Shown here: positions 39,994 through 53,100 of the stretch, piece by piece
How the letters are laid out: each line of letters starts with the position of its first letter
How positions within the stretch are numbered: position 1 is the first letter of the stretch
Notes under the pieces: generated by a model
Database searches by the model: none
The model's input: the letters and a program-made list of their open reading frames with translations, nothing else
Told to the model about the DNA's origin: nothing
Source: Eledone cirrhosa
Lineage: Eukaryota
Assembly: GCA_964016885.1 (NCBI GenBank)
Contig: OZ024744.1
Coordinates: 49,848,001 to 49,912,000, forward strand
DNA: 64,000 nucleotides
Direction of reading: 5' to 3'
Position numbers and translations under genes: made by a program

Positions 39994-40274
39994 TATATAT
40001 ATATATATATAGGTAGATAGATAGATAGATAGATATGTTTCTTTATTAGCCACAGGGGCACAAAAGAAGGGGACAAATACAAAGGGGGAAGTTTACATAC
40101 AATAAAAACGTGTAAAATGTTATCACAAATGCAATTTAAAAAATTAGTCGATTTTCATCAATAGGGGGAGACAGTTCATATGAGTAACCCATACCCCCTA
40201 AAAAATGTGAAACCCTCATCTCCAGGAGTACGAAGAGTTTGTACTCCTTTCCTCTCCTCCTCCTTTTCCTCAAC

Positions 40275-43200
40275 CTACAGGCTGATATAGAGAGAAGGCC
40301 CATTCACTCGGGCCATTTTCGCCACTTTCACCCACCTTTCATAAAACTTGCTGGGGTACAGCACCTCTCTCTCCATCCCGATTCTTCTTCCAAAGTGGTA
40401 TTTGAAAAAAAGAATCAGTTGTTGGCCGGAGAGAAAGGTGTCTGACCTCAGCCCTTTCAGCCTTGTCCACCATAAAACCTCTTTCGCCATAGCTATCACA
40501 CAAAGGAAAACCGCCTCTCCTTCGTTTTTGAAGGAGGGTGGCGGTTTGATCATGACAATGGACTCGGTGGTCAACCGGATTAGTCCCACCCGCGACAATA
40601 GTCGTTCTACATAGCCCCACAGGTCAGTGACGCCCGGGCAGTGTATGAATGCGTGCGCGACGGTTTCTTCGTTACGCACGTACCTCGGACAGATCTTTTT
40701 TGCAGGGTCCCTGCCCGGGCGCCCATGTCTGTAGAGCTTGTCTCGAACTGGTAGAGCTCCTCGGTAGAACTGCCAGGCCAGGGACTTTTGGAAGTTGTCC
40801 ATCGGTCCCGGGCGGAAGGTCCTACCGAACAGACTGGCCAGTTCATCTTCCTCTACGCCTAGAGTTTCACCGAGCGCGTCGTCGCACTTGCTGCGGATCA
40901 ACCCTCTATAGAATGACGAAGTGGAGTCTCCACTGATCGCCGGGTCCGCCTGCCAGAGAGCTGTGAGCGCCTGAGCACATTCGATGTGCCAGTCGCCCAT
41001 TTTCCTCGGTCTTTGCTTGACCAGGACTGCAGCTCGGTCAGCAAGACGAGTCGTGAGAAGGCTCGCCTCACGAACGGGGCCCACACCAGTTGTCCGGTGA
41101 GGAATACGTAGAGATGCCGCAGCCTGAGCGCGTGTTTGCGCATCGTCAACCACGGCAACCCCAGCCCTCCGTTAGAAGGGTGTTGGCAGCAGATGGATCT
41201 TCTCACCAAAGGAGCCCGCCTCTTCCAAAGGAATTGGAAGAGCGCGCGCTCCATTTTGGAGAGTGTTTTGGGTGGACAAGGCACGACGGTCAATCAGTAG
41301 TAGATGGCGGACGCTATAAAAGTGTTCGCCACCTCCGCTCGACCTTTCAAGCATAGTTTGCACTCGGCCCACTTCTGGGTGAGCGCAAACACCTTGGCCG
41401 TCACTTCGTTCCAGTTCTTCTCCACCTGGAGGTCCGGACCAAACCAGACCCCGAGCAGCTTTACCGGTCCTTCCGTCCAGCGTCCGACGACGCCATCGGA
41501 AGGCATCGGTTTGCCTCTCCACGATCCGAGTTGCAAACCGATGGACTTGTCCCGGTTCAGCTTCGCTCCTGTGAAACTTTCGTATTCCTTCAGTAAGGTG
41601 CCGACTTCCTCGATTTGCGAGGTGCTCGATACCATTACTGTTACGTCGTCGGCGTAGGCCGACGCCGCTTTCCGCAGTCTCGGTTCCAGAGGAATGCCCT
41701 GCAATAGCTCCAACTTCCGCAGTAGTGGCTCGCGAGACAGTACGTACAGAAGGGAGGAGAGAGGGCATCCCTGTCGAATGGATTGCGTAATATAGAACGG
41801 CTCCGAGAGATAGCCGTTCACCTTGACCCTTGAGCAGATGTTGCTGTTGTGCATTGCAGCAATCCAGCCCATGAACACGGGTCCGAAGCCTGCCGCCTTG
41901 AGCACCGCATCCAGGTGACGATGGTCAACCCTATCGAAAGCCTTAGACTGATCCAAGTTGATCAGGGCCCCACCGAAGCCGGGTTTACACCCTACCCTCT
42001 CTATGATGTATCGCACGAGGTGGAGGTTGTCGTGTATGGATCTGGTCGGGATTGCGCATATCTGCGCTTCTCCCACCAGATTCTCGACGACAAGTGCCAG
42101 CCTCTTTGCCAACACCTTGGCCAAAATCTGTAACTCTGTGTTTAGCAGAGTTATGGGTCGGAAGTTGCCTATGTCATCCCCCTTATTCTCGTCCTTCCTG
42201 ACTAGTGTGACCACACTCCCGGTTACAGAACTGGGAATTCTCCCGTTCTGTTGCCAGTTGCAGTAGACCGCTTCCAGGAGATCGGAGAATAAGTCTGGCA
42301 TTGCTGCGTAAAATTCGTAGGGTAGACTGTCGAGACCTGGAGATTTGCGTTTGCCGCATTGGCTCAGCGCGTCCCCTATCTCAGCAGCGGAAATCGGCCT
42401 TTCGCAGGACTTCGCCTCGTTGTCCGAGAGTCGCGGTAGGCCGTCGAGGTATGGACCGAAATCCATAGCCCCTCCAGGCGCGCCGGCGCGCCCGAACAGT
42501 TGAGCAAAGTGCCGCTGAAAGGCCGCACACATCTGCTTCGGCTCACGTATCACGCGTACGTTTTCGTCCTTCAAAGACAGAATCGTGGACTTGTTGCCAC
42601 TTTTTGCCTCCGTCACTCTGGCCCAGCTAACAGCTTTGGCTGCCTTGTTTCCCAGAGCACGTATTTTGCTTCTCACAACGCAGCCCTCGTGCTTTGCGTC
42701 GAAGAACTGGTCCAAGGCCGTTCTCGTTGCTAGCACGCTGGCTACGTTGCCACTTCTAATTGCCTCTTCTACTTTATCTACCAGTTCCTTCTCGGTTCTA
42801 TTTCTATCTAACGCTAATTCTTTACTAAAAACTAACGAGTCTAATCTAACTGCCCTCTTGAGAGAGTACCACCATCTGTTGTTGACAATGGCCCCTGTCA
42901 AGTGCTGTTTAACTAAAGTGCTAATCCGTCTACTGTAGGCTTTGCTTGTCGGTAACGACAAGTTCAGCTTCCAGTAGCCGGGTCCTTGTCTATGGGTTCT
43001 ATCAAGGTTGGCCATGCAAGTCACTAGTTTGTGATCTGAATAGGCAACCATGAACATTTGTGGACAGCTTAACATGTCCCTATCCTTATTTCTAACTAGA
43101 ACCCTATCTAGGTACGATCTAGATGTTCCACTCCGATTAGTCCACGTCCACAGTGGCACAGTTGGAAAATCTAGTCGATATCTATCGGCCAGGTCAAATC

Positions 43201-43716
43201 GGTCGATTAACTGTTCGAGGCTGTTACACCCCCCCCCCCTTTATCGGGACATGCTCCCACATAGTTCCAACGTGCATCTAGGATTCCATTCCAGTCCCCC
43301 ACTAAAATCAAGGAGCGGGACGTTCCCAGAAAAGTCACTAGACATTTTAAGAAGTCTGGCCGTGGTGTCCCGGATGGGGCATATGCAGCCACCAGCCTGA
43401 AGGCTCCACCTTCACTACCGTCAACGTCTAGGACCACCAGTCGACCCTCCGGGTCCAGATGTACCGTCTGTGTTACGAGGCCCAGGTGTTTCCGCAGCAA
43501 AACAGCAACTCCGCCCCCACCCCCCAGTTGACAGAGAGATGCGTAGATCTCAAAGTCATCGAAGATGGGGGCCAGCTGTCGCTCGCTGTGGATCCTGGAC
43601 TCGCAAATAGCTACCACATCCATACTGTGCGACCTGAGGTCGTTTAAGAGTTTGCCCTGTTTCCAGGGCATCCCCAGGCCGCGTACGTTCACACATCCAA
43701 CTCTTATATTGGCCAT
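40275..43716 (-). pseudogene. Tx1 ORF2 (APE endonuclease + RT), frameshifted
   Basis: CVNVRGL, VGDWN, SYLDR, YSDH, YWKLN, KSPGLDSL, FRPITLLN, LDQSKAFDRV, RQGCPLS, AYADD, CPR..EETVAHAFIHC. Confidence 0.92.
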
Positions 43717-43749
43717 GTTGGTGTTGAAAAGTTAAAAGAGGAAAAGAGA

Positions 43750-45650
43750 TCACTCACCCTTCGTCTCCTGGGGACCAGGCTGCACGATTTCCATGGGGGT
43801 GTTGGAGGGGTTGTCTGGGTGGGTGGTGGTTTCCGGTGGGGTGGGGACGGAGATGTTTGGTGGGGTGGGGTCTGGTGGGATGGCGGTGTCTGAGGTGGGG
43901 AGACATTTGAGAAGGACGCGGTTAAGTGGTTTCACGCAGGAATTACCCACATCCTTTTCAAATGTTTCTTGTAGGGACCTATAAGTTTGTATAGGGACCC
44001 TAATCAGTTTTAGGTTAAGTTTTTTGTTATTTTTAATAGAGTGGGCGAAATTTTTCCCTTCAGTTTTCACCGAAGGGTCGTTCGTGATGGTCTCCATTAG
44101 TGTTTTGTTTTCAGTGTTTATGTAAGTGTAAGTGTAATTTTCTTGTGTTGTGTTTGTTTTTGTCTGTAGTTCTTGTGTGTGCTTTCGTTTTGTTGTAGGT
44201 ATTTTGTTTTCAGGAGGTGGGGGTTTTGTTTGTGATGTTTTTGTTGTTTGTGTTGGTGGTTGTATATTTGTGGTAGTGTTTGCTGGTTTTTTGCTTTTGT
44301 GATGTCTTTTCTTTCTTTTCGAGCGATAGGGTTCTCCCTCATCTTCACTGGGTGATGGCGAGATAGCCTCATCTGTTGTATCGTCTGTGTGATTGGGGAG
44401 GGGTATGTCTTGGGGAGCTGTTGTGTCTGTATGTGATTTTGCAGTGGTTTTAGGTGGAGTGGGGTTGGGTGGGTCTGTGTTTGTTGTGGTTATTTTTGTG
44501 TGTTGGTGTTGTTGTTGTTGTGGTGGTGTTGATGGTTGTGTTGTTTTGATGGGTGTCGGCAGAAGAGCCTTTTTTTTTACTAATTAATTTAGGACAGGAA
44601 GCTCTCAGGTGACGCCTGCTAAAACACTGGTAACACGAAGGCCGCCTACCCTCAACCGAAAAGTTTATGTAGGTGAGTCCGTCCAGGAGTACACGTTGTG
44701 GGATCATAGCTATTCGCTCTGGGCTCATTTGCACCAGAACTTCAATGCTAGTTCCATTGAATACATCTCTGGGGGACTTTCCTACTGACAGTATTCTGTC
44801 TTCATCAAAATTGATGAAGCCGCACAGTATCCACCATATGTTCACTTTTGGTGTGACACTCGTGATTTTAATCTTTTGTGTCCTTTTTCCCATGTATGTA
44901 GGGAAAAAGGTATACAGGTTGGATACAATTGGCGACACAGAGTAATTTGGGGCCGTCAATTGATCCTTCATGAGTACCGAAATACTCCCAAAGAGTTTGC
45001 TTCTTTGAATGAATGCAATATCATTCATTGAATTTTTGAAAACCAGTTCAATTTCTTTCTGTGACTATCCTAAAAACTATCGTTTTGAGAGCAGTTTCCT
45101 TGCGAATTTCTACCGAATTGATGCTGAAAGCACCATTTTTTTCGAAAGTGACATATAACTCCCAGCGTCCTTTAAAAGTTGTTCGGCATTTGTTATGTCG
45201 AGATATGTCAGGTCCTCCTTTTTCTGAACTGTCTGTGCAAAGGAGATTTTGGTTTCTTTGTGGAATTATCCGTGTTGGTGGTGTTGTCATTATTGTTGTT
45301 ATTGTTGTTGTTATTCTTGTTGTCACTGATGTTGATATTATTCGTATTTTCCTTGGTGTTGGTGTTGTTATTGTTTTTGATGCTGGTGTTATTGGTGTTG
45401 TCTTTATTTTTTTCTTTGTTGTTGTTGTCATTGTTGTTTTTATCATCATTATTTATCATCATCATTGTTGTTGTTATTTTTGTTGTCATTGAACTGTTTG
45501 GTGTCATTTGTGTTGTTTGGATATGAATTTGTTTTTACAATTTCATTTCGTCTTTCCATCTCCATAGTATCTAGGGAAGAAGACGATGTTGACTGCGAGC
45601 TATGTAGTCTTACCGACTTTCCACCACCATTATCGTTGAACGCAGCGTTC
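43750..45650 (-). pseudogene. Tx1 ORF1 (Asn-rich N-terminus, CCHC zinc knuckle, Thr/Pro-rich tail), frameshifted
   Basis: VEGRRPSCYQCFSRRHLRASCP; C-terminal block is homologous to 53761-54039. Confidence 0.75.
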
Positions 45651-46121
45651 ATAACATAATCAAACTTCTTACGATATTTTTTCCAAAATTCGATGGAGAA
45701 AAAATTTTTCAAACGAAGATTTTGCCCCTGTAGGGGCGAAAATGAGTTGACCCACCACATGAAGGCCCAGACGGGGGGTCAAGTTACACACTAATATAAA
45801 ATTTAACTGAAAACTCACGTTTTTTTTCTTACATAAAATAACGGAAACTTCTCCGCGAAGTTACACACGTCTGGTAGAGAGAGAGATAGATAGATAGATA
45901 TGTTTCTTTATAGATAGCTAGATATCATGCAAGCATGGCACAATGGACATATAATGACGATGAGGAGGGGGAGAAGGAGGATATGTCTCTATTGATATAT
46001 AGAAGCGTATTTGTATGTATATGCATTGTATATGTACTTTATGTATATTAGTATGTATATATATGTGTATAAACATGTTTGTTTATATGTAAATAATATA
46101 TATATATATGTGTGTGTGTCT

Positions 46122-46204
<83 letters not shown>

Positions 46205-46299
46205 TTTGTTAAGCAAAACTGACCACAAATTTCACAAGGAAGACATTATTAAAAGATTGTCAACATAGTTTTAGTTTGATGTAAGGAATGTAGAGAATA

Positions 46300-46492
46300 A
46301 TAATTGTTTCTACTTTTGGCACAAGGCCAGCAATTACCCAGTATATTACTGGTACTTTATTTTATCGACCCCGTAAGGATGAAAGGCAAAGTCAACCTCG
46401 GCGGGATTTGAACTCAGATCGTAAAGGGACGTAACTATGCTGGAAAGCATGGCGTCCGACCCTCTACCGATACTGCCAATCCACCGCCCTTA
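46300..46492 (-). mobile_element. tRNA-derived SINE (octopus-type) with (ATT)n tail
   Basis: gagttcaaatccc B-box, actttgcctttcatccttacggggtcgataaaataaagtaccagt body. Confidence 0.85.
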
Positions 46493-48120
46493 GTATTAAT
46501 AGTATTAATAATAATAATGTCCGTTTACAGTTGTTTCGCTACTCCATATAATGTTTCTGGATCAAATGATTATAGATCATTATTGATCTGGTTCAGTTGA
46601 AAATAATTAACTTAGGTACAATTAGAGTAGCTCATCGGAACTTCAAAAGGAATATAAATTAAAATAAGGAAAGAATGTTACATGAATGTAATGTTCCATA
46701 TATTGGTATTTCACTATGGTGTCCTGGGTATATCTATTGTCTGCCATAGTCGAGCAGTATTCTTCTGTCGAGGCTGCATTGTGAGATCTGCCTATGGGTA
46801 ACAAGATGGCCGCCAATGGACATATTTACCTTACTAATTAGAGGGAGTTTCAGGGGAAGTAACTTCTCGAGAAATTAGAAATTGTGGGTAGTTTATAGTT
46901 AAGAAGTGCTAATTTTTTTAATTTTTTAATTGAGAGACAATGTAAGGGAGGTAACTTATAATTATCTAAGTTAGCTATAACTATTTAACTTGTTAGCTAT
47001 AAGTAAAAATGGGGCTAGATGACTATGTTGGGTCAAATATTTGGTTGGCGAAGGAATTAGCCCTTCGATGTTGACAGCTAATAGTTACCTCCGTTCTATC
47101 GTTAATCGGTAGAGGTCGTGATAGAGTTATGTAATATACTTCGGTAAGACAGAGGTCACAAGAGTTTCTTCGTCCATTGAACGTTTGGACCCTAACTAAG
47201 ATATCCCATGTTAGTGAGTGTTCAATGTTGGTTAATTTAAGGTTTTTAATGAGCCTAGCTAGAGATGTCGAACATCTGTTGTTAGGGTCTCGGAAGGAAA
47301 AAGAGTGCGCGTTATAGCATACCTTAAAAGGGTTAGAGGTAGAGCCGATATAGGAGCTGGTATGCGAAGCAGTTTTAACTGTGCACCTATAAACTATATT
47401 GGGTGTCAGGCAATGTCCATTTAGTGGGCATGCGTTAGGGTAACGGCAGTTGCAGTTACTTCTGCGGTTAGTGAGAGTAGGGTTGTTTAAACTATGCGGT
47501 TGGTCCGTGCTAGAAGGATTAGATGGGGAGGTGTGCTACTAGAGTAAGTATTGGTGTAGTGGCGTGGTGTATTTAATGGAGGTGGTGGTACCGCGGTGTG
47601 GGAGTTATACTGTCTTAGTTTATGATGGTTACTGAATGCGATGTGGCTAGCTAGGTTAGGTGTTGTGGAGAATGAGATTTTAATGTTGTTTTTATTAAAG
47701 AGTTTGTAATATCTATGGTGAGGGGGGAATGTTTAAATAGGACAGAGAAGAAGCGTTTAGGGATATTAGTGGCTAGATTAGATGAGAATGGGGGGTTGAG
47801 CCAGGTGATATTTCTAGGTCTATTCCTTCTAGGGGTTCTAGTGCAGTTGGTAGGGGCCTTCCTAGGGTTATTATTACCTGGGCATTTCTCGAGGAGTTAC
47901 TTCCCCTGAAACCACCCTCTAATTGGTAAGGTAAATATGTCCATTGGCGGCCATCTTGTTACCCATAGGCAGATCTCACACAATTCAGCCTCGACACAAA
48001 AATACTGCTCGACTATGGCAAACAATAGATATACCCAGGACACCATAGTGAAATACCAATATATGGAACATTACATTCATGTAACATTCTTTCCTTATTT
48101 TAATTTAAATTCCTTTTGAA

Positions 48121-48239
48121 GTTCTGATGAGCTACTCTAATTGTACCTAAGTTAATTATTTTCAACTGAACCAGATCAATAATGATCTATAATTATTTGA
48201 TCCAGAAACATTATATGGAGTAGCGAAACAATTGTAAAC
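48121..48239 (+). ncRNA. Hammerhead ribozyme with 94-nt stem II (mirror copy ~46523-46641 has CCGATGA)
   Basis: gtt-CTGATGA-gctactc...gagtagc-GAAA-caattg-TA-aac. Confidence 0.75.
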
Positions 48240-48253
48240 GGACATTATTATTG

Positions 48254-48548
48254 TGGATTGGACGAGGTTAACTTTGCCTTTCATCCTTACGGGGTCGATA
48301 AAATAAAGTACCAGTAATGTACTGGTTAATTGCTGGCCTTGTGCCTAAAATAGAAACAATTATTGTGGATTGGCAGTATCGGTAGAGGGTCGGACGCCAT
48401 GCTTTGACGCATAGAGTTACGGCCCTTGCTATTCTGAGTTCAAATCCCGCCGAGGTTAACTTTGCCTTTCATCCTTACGGGGCCGATAAAATAAAGTACC
48501 AGTAATATACTGGGTATTTGCTGGCCTTGTACCAAAAGTAGAAATAAT
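48254..48548 (+). mobile_element. Two tandem copies (one internally deleted) of the same SINE
   Basis: Both begin gtggattgg and end tagaaa(c/t)aattatt. Confidence 0.85.
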
Positions 48549-48963
48549 TATTATTAATACTATTATTATTATTTTCTACATTCCTTACATCAAACTAAAA
48601 CTATGTTGACAATCTTTTAATAATGTCTTCCTTGTGAAATTTGTGGTCTTGTTTTGCTTAACTAATGAATATTTCCAGCTCTGTGCACCTAACCTCTGCA
48701 TGAACCCAGCCACCTAGCTGCCTTCCACTGCATATTGCACATTGAGCACATGCCTTTACGCTTTGGCTTCTAACTAATTCACCAATCTCTCTTCTCCTCT
48801 TCTATCTCCTCTCCCATCTCCATCTCTCTCTTTAAGATTGCTTACTCTTGAACTGTGTGTGTATATATATATATGCAAGCATGGGAAATCAGGTACAAAA
48901 TGATGATATATATATATATTATATCACCAATGCAAGCATGGAAAAGCAGGCATAAAACAGTGA

Positions 48964-48998
<35 letters not shown>

Positions 48999-49329
48999 CA
49001 TGTCATTATGTATATTTGTCTGTAAATTGATATATGTGTGTATATACGCATGTTTATTTATATGTTTCAATTTATATATTTATAATATTTTTCTTACCTC
49101 TAATCATTTTAAGATAAGTATAAGTTATCTCCCTTCTCATTTGTTTTTCATGTTCAATCTGCTACGGACATCATTTTTTTTTTTTTTTTTTTCGTATGAG
49201 ACATGTTGCAGCATGTTGAAATATGAGTCTGGCTGCTTTGCCGCATGACATCAAGCATTGCTGGCAAAGCAATTGAGAATACTCAGCCGTGTCGTGGAGC
49301 AGATGACATATGTGTCCTCCATAATTGCT

Positions 49330-49680
49330 GCTTTCTAGTGCATCACTTTTCCTTGGTAGCAATTAATAAATATTCTACTACATCAGTCATTGAGTATGAC
49401 CTCTTCTTGTATTACCTGATTAATTATGCAGGTAACTAATTCAACTCCTACTTTTCCAGAGGATTTCAGCATCTCAGCGATTATCTCTGATGGACCACTA
49501 GGTTTATCATTTTTCATCTCTTTGATTGTTTCTTTGGTCCCTCAGTTGTGTCAGTTATTGGTGGTGGGGTTTTCTTACACCCACTCATTCTCCACATTCA
49601 TCAACCTATCAAGGTAGCATTTCTAGTCCTCTGTCTTCTGTCTGCCAGTGATGCTAAGTGTACCAGTGTCATTTCAAACA
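49330..49680 (-). mobile_element. Degenerate RTE LINE internal fragment
   Basis: IKEMKNDKPSGPSEIIAEMLK, homologous to 16330-16400. Confidence 0.7.
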
Positions 49681-49904
49681 TACTATATATATGGGTATCA
49701 TCATCATCATCGGTTAACGTCCATCTTCCATGCTAGCATGGGTTAGACGGGTCCTATTTTAAGGCAAGTTGTGTCGGGTTACCGTGTCTGAACCCTTTAG
49801 TATCTAGACAGAATTCTGTCACCTCTTTTGTTCAAACCAGCTATAATCGGCCACTCATACCAATGTTAAGGTATTGTTCTCAAAATGAATCTCATAGATT
49901 CCAT

Positions 49905-50111
49905 ATTATGTGAGATATTATGTGAGGTAAAGCCTTTACTGTGAAAATACAATAGTATACATAGAGTAATGTAAATGTTATGTGATATATTATGTGAGGT
50001 AAAGCCTTTACTGTGAAAATACAATAGTATACATAGAGTAATGTAAATGTTATGTGAGATATTATGTGAGGTAAAGCCTTTACTGTGACAATACAATAGT
50101 ATATATAGAGT
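49905..50111. repeat. 72-bp tandem repeat, left block (~3 units)
   Basis: Unit gtaaatgttatgtgagatattatgtgaggtaaagcctttactgtgaaaatacaatagtatatatagagtaat. Confidence 0.95.
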
Positions 50112-50113
50112 GA

Positions 50114-53100
50114 TTTCTTTATTTGCCACCAGGGCACAAAAGGTAGGGACAGATACAAGGGGGGAAGTTTACATATAATTAACGAGTACAAAAATATAAC
50201 AATGAAATAACAACAACAAACGAAGTCCTCAATAGGGAGGGGGCATTAACATGGGTCGCACACACCCCGGAAAAAATGTGCAACCCTTCTCCTCAGGAGC
50301 ACACAGAGTAGGTGCTTACCTCGTCTCCTCTTTTTCCTCTTCTTTCACCTACAGGCTGATATAGAGAGAAGACCCATTCACTCTGGCCATTCTCCCTACT
50401 TTCACCCACCTTTCATAAAACTTGCTGGGGTAGAGCACCTCTCTCTCCATTCTGATCCTTCTTTTAAAATGGTATTTGAAAAAGGGGACCAGTTGTTGGC
50501 CGGAGAGAAAGGTGTCTGACCTCAGCCCTTTCAGCCTCGTCCACCATACAACTTCTTTAGCCATGGCTATCACACAGAGAAAAACCGCCTCTGATCGTGA
50601 CAATGGACTCGGTGGTCAACCGGATTGGTCCCACCCTCGACAGTAGTCGTTCCACATAGCCCCACAGATCAGCAATGCCTGGGCAGTGTACAAACGCGTG
50701 CGCAATGGTTTCGTCGTCATGCACGCATCTCGGACAGATCTTATTCAAAGGATCCCTACCCAGGCTCCCTTGCCTGTGGAGCTTGTTTCGAACGGGTAGA
50801 GCCCCTCGGTAGCACTGCCAAGCCAGGGACTTTTGGAAGTTGTCCATCGGTCCAGGGCCAAACGTCCTACCGAACAGACTGGCCAGTTCATCTTCCTCCA
50901 TGCCTAGAGCTTCTCCGAGAGCATCGTCGCACCTGCTGCGTACCAACCCTCTATAGAATGTCGAGGTGGAGTCTCCACTGATTGCCGGGTCCGATTTCCA
51001 GAGGGCCGTGAGCGCCTGGGCACATTCAATGTGCCAGTCGCCCACTTTTCTCGGTCTTTGCTTGACCCAGGATTGCAGCTCGGTGAGCGAAACGAGTCTG
51101 GGAAAGGCTCGCCTCACAAACGGGGCCCACACCGGTTGACTGGTGAGGAATACCTGGAGGTGCCGTAGCCTTAATGCTTGTTTACGCATCTGTAGCCACG
51201 GCATCCCAGCCCTCCTTTCGAAGGGTGTTGACAGCAGATGGATCTCCTCACCAAAGGGGTCCGCTTGTTCCAAAGAAATTGGAACAGCGCGCACTCCATT
51301 TTGGCGAGTCTTTTCACTGGGCAAGGCACGACGGTCAAGCAGTAGTAGATGACGGATGCTATATAAGTATTCGCCACCTCCGCTCGACCTTTCAGGGATA
51401 GTTTGCACTGGGCCCACTTCTGGGTGAGTGCAAACACCCTGGCCGTTACCTCGTTCAAATTTTTCTCCACCTGGAGGTCTGGTCCGAACCAGACCCCAAG
51501 CAGCTTCACCGGGCCCTCCGTCCAGCGTCCGACGACGTCGTTGGAGGGCATCGGTTTACCTCTCCATGTTCCGAGTTGCAAACCGACGGACTTATCCCGG
51601 TTCAGCTTGGCTCCTGTAAACCTTTCATATTCCTCCAGTAAGGTGCCGATCTCACCGATTTGCGAGGTTTTCGACACCATTACTGTCACGTCATCGGCGT
51701 AGGCCGACGCCGCTTTCTGCAATCCCGGTTCCAAAGGGATGCCCTGCAACCGCTCCAACTTCCGCAGTAGCATACAGAAGGGAGGAGAGAGGGCATCCCT
51801 GTCGGATGGATCGCATGATTTGGAACGGCTCCGAGAGGTGGCCGTTCACCTTGACCCTTGGGCAGACGTTGCTGCTGTGCATCGCAGCAATCCAACCACT
51901 GAAAACGAGTCCGAAGCCTGCCGCCGCGAGCACCGCATCCAAGTAACGATGGTTAACCCTATCGAAAGCTTTAGATTGATCCAAGTTGATCAGGGCCCCA
52001 CCAAAGCCGGGTTCATTCCCTACCCTCTCTATGATGTATCGCATAAGGTGGAGATTGTCGTGAATGGACCTGGACGGGATTGTGCATGTCTGCGCTTCTC
52101 CCACCAGGTTTCCGACGACAAGCGCCAATCTCTTCGCTAACACCTTGGCCAAAATCTTTAACTCTGTATTTAGCAGAGTTATGGGCCTGAAGTTACTTAT
52201 GTCATCCCCCTTGTTCTCATCCTTCCTCACCAGCGTAACTACGCCCTTGGTCACAGAACTGGGAATTCTCCCGTTCTGCTGCCAGTTGCAGTAGACCGCT
52301 TCGATGATATCGGAGAAAAAGTCCGGCATCGCTACATATAGCTCGTATGGTAGACCATCGAGACCCGGGGATTTGCGTTTGCCGCATTGGCTCAGCGCCG
52401 CCCCTATCTCAGCAGCTGAAATCGGCCTTTCGCAGGACTTCGCCTCCGCGTCCGAGAGGCGCGGCAGACCGTCGAGGTATGGATTGAAATCCATAGTCTC
52501 ACCCGGCGCGCCGCCCCTCTCGAACAGTCGTGCAAAGTGCCGCTGAAAGGCCGCACACATCTGCCCAGGTTCAAGGATCACACGCCCATCCTGGTCCTTC
52601 AAAGACCGAATCGTGGACTTGTTCCCACTTTTTGCCTCTGTCACTCGGGCCCAGCTAACAGCTTTGGCTCCCTCATTACCCAGAGCACGTATTTTACTCC
52701 TGACAACGCAGCCTTCATGCTTCACCTCAAAGAACTGGTCTAAGGCCATTCTTGATGCCAGCACGCTGGCTACATTGCCACTCCTAATCGCCTCTTCTAC
52801 TCTATCTACTAATTCCCTTTCCGTCTTGTTCCTATCCCTTGCTAATTCCTGACTAAAACCTCTCGATTCTATTCAATTTTGCTCTCTTAAGAGAGCTCCA
52901 CCACCTGTTGTTGACAATTGCCCCTGTCAAACTCTACTTAACTAACGTGCTAATCCGTTTACTGTAAGCTTTGCTTGTCGGTAAGGACAAGTTCAGCTTT
53001 CAGTAACCGGGTCCCTGTCTATGGGTTCTATCAAGGTTGGCTATGCAGGTCACTAACTTGTGATCCGAATAGTCAACCATGAACATTTTTGGACAGCTAA

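Larger units (their letters stand above)
40036..45874 (-). mobile_element. Full-length but disrupted L1/Tx1-type LINE
   Basis: ORF1 relic with zinc knuckle, ORF2 with APE + RT + cysteine motif, 3' UTR ending AATAAAGAAA. Confidence 0.92.
46201..48670 (-). mobile_element. 5'-truncated Naiad-like PLE with long inverted pLTR arms (46201-46874 / 47885-48670)
   Basis: Internal minus-strand RNITWLNPPFSSNLATNI, CNCRYPNACPLNGHCL, IVY..SYIGST, CDLC, CQHR; arms are reverse complements. Confidence 0.9.
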
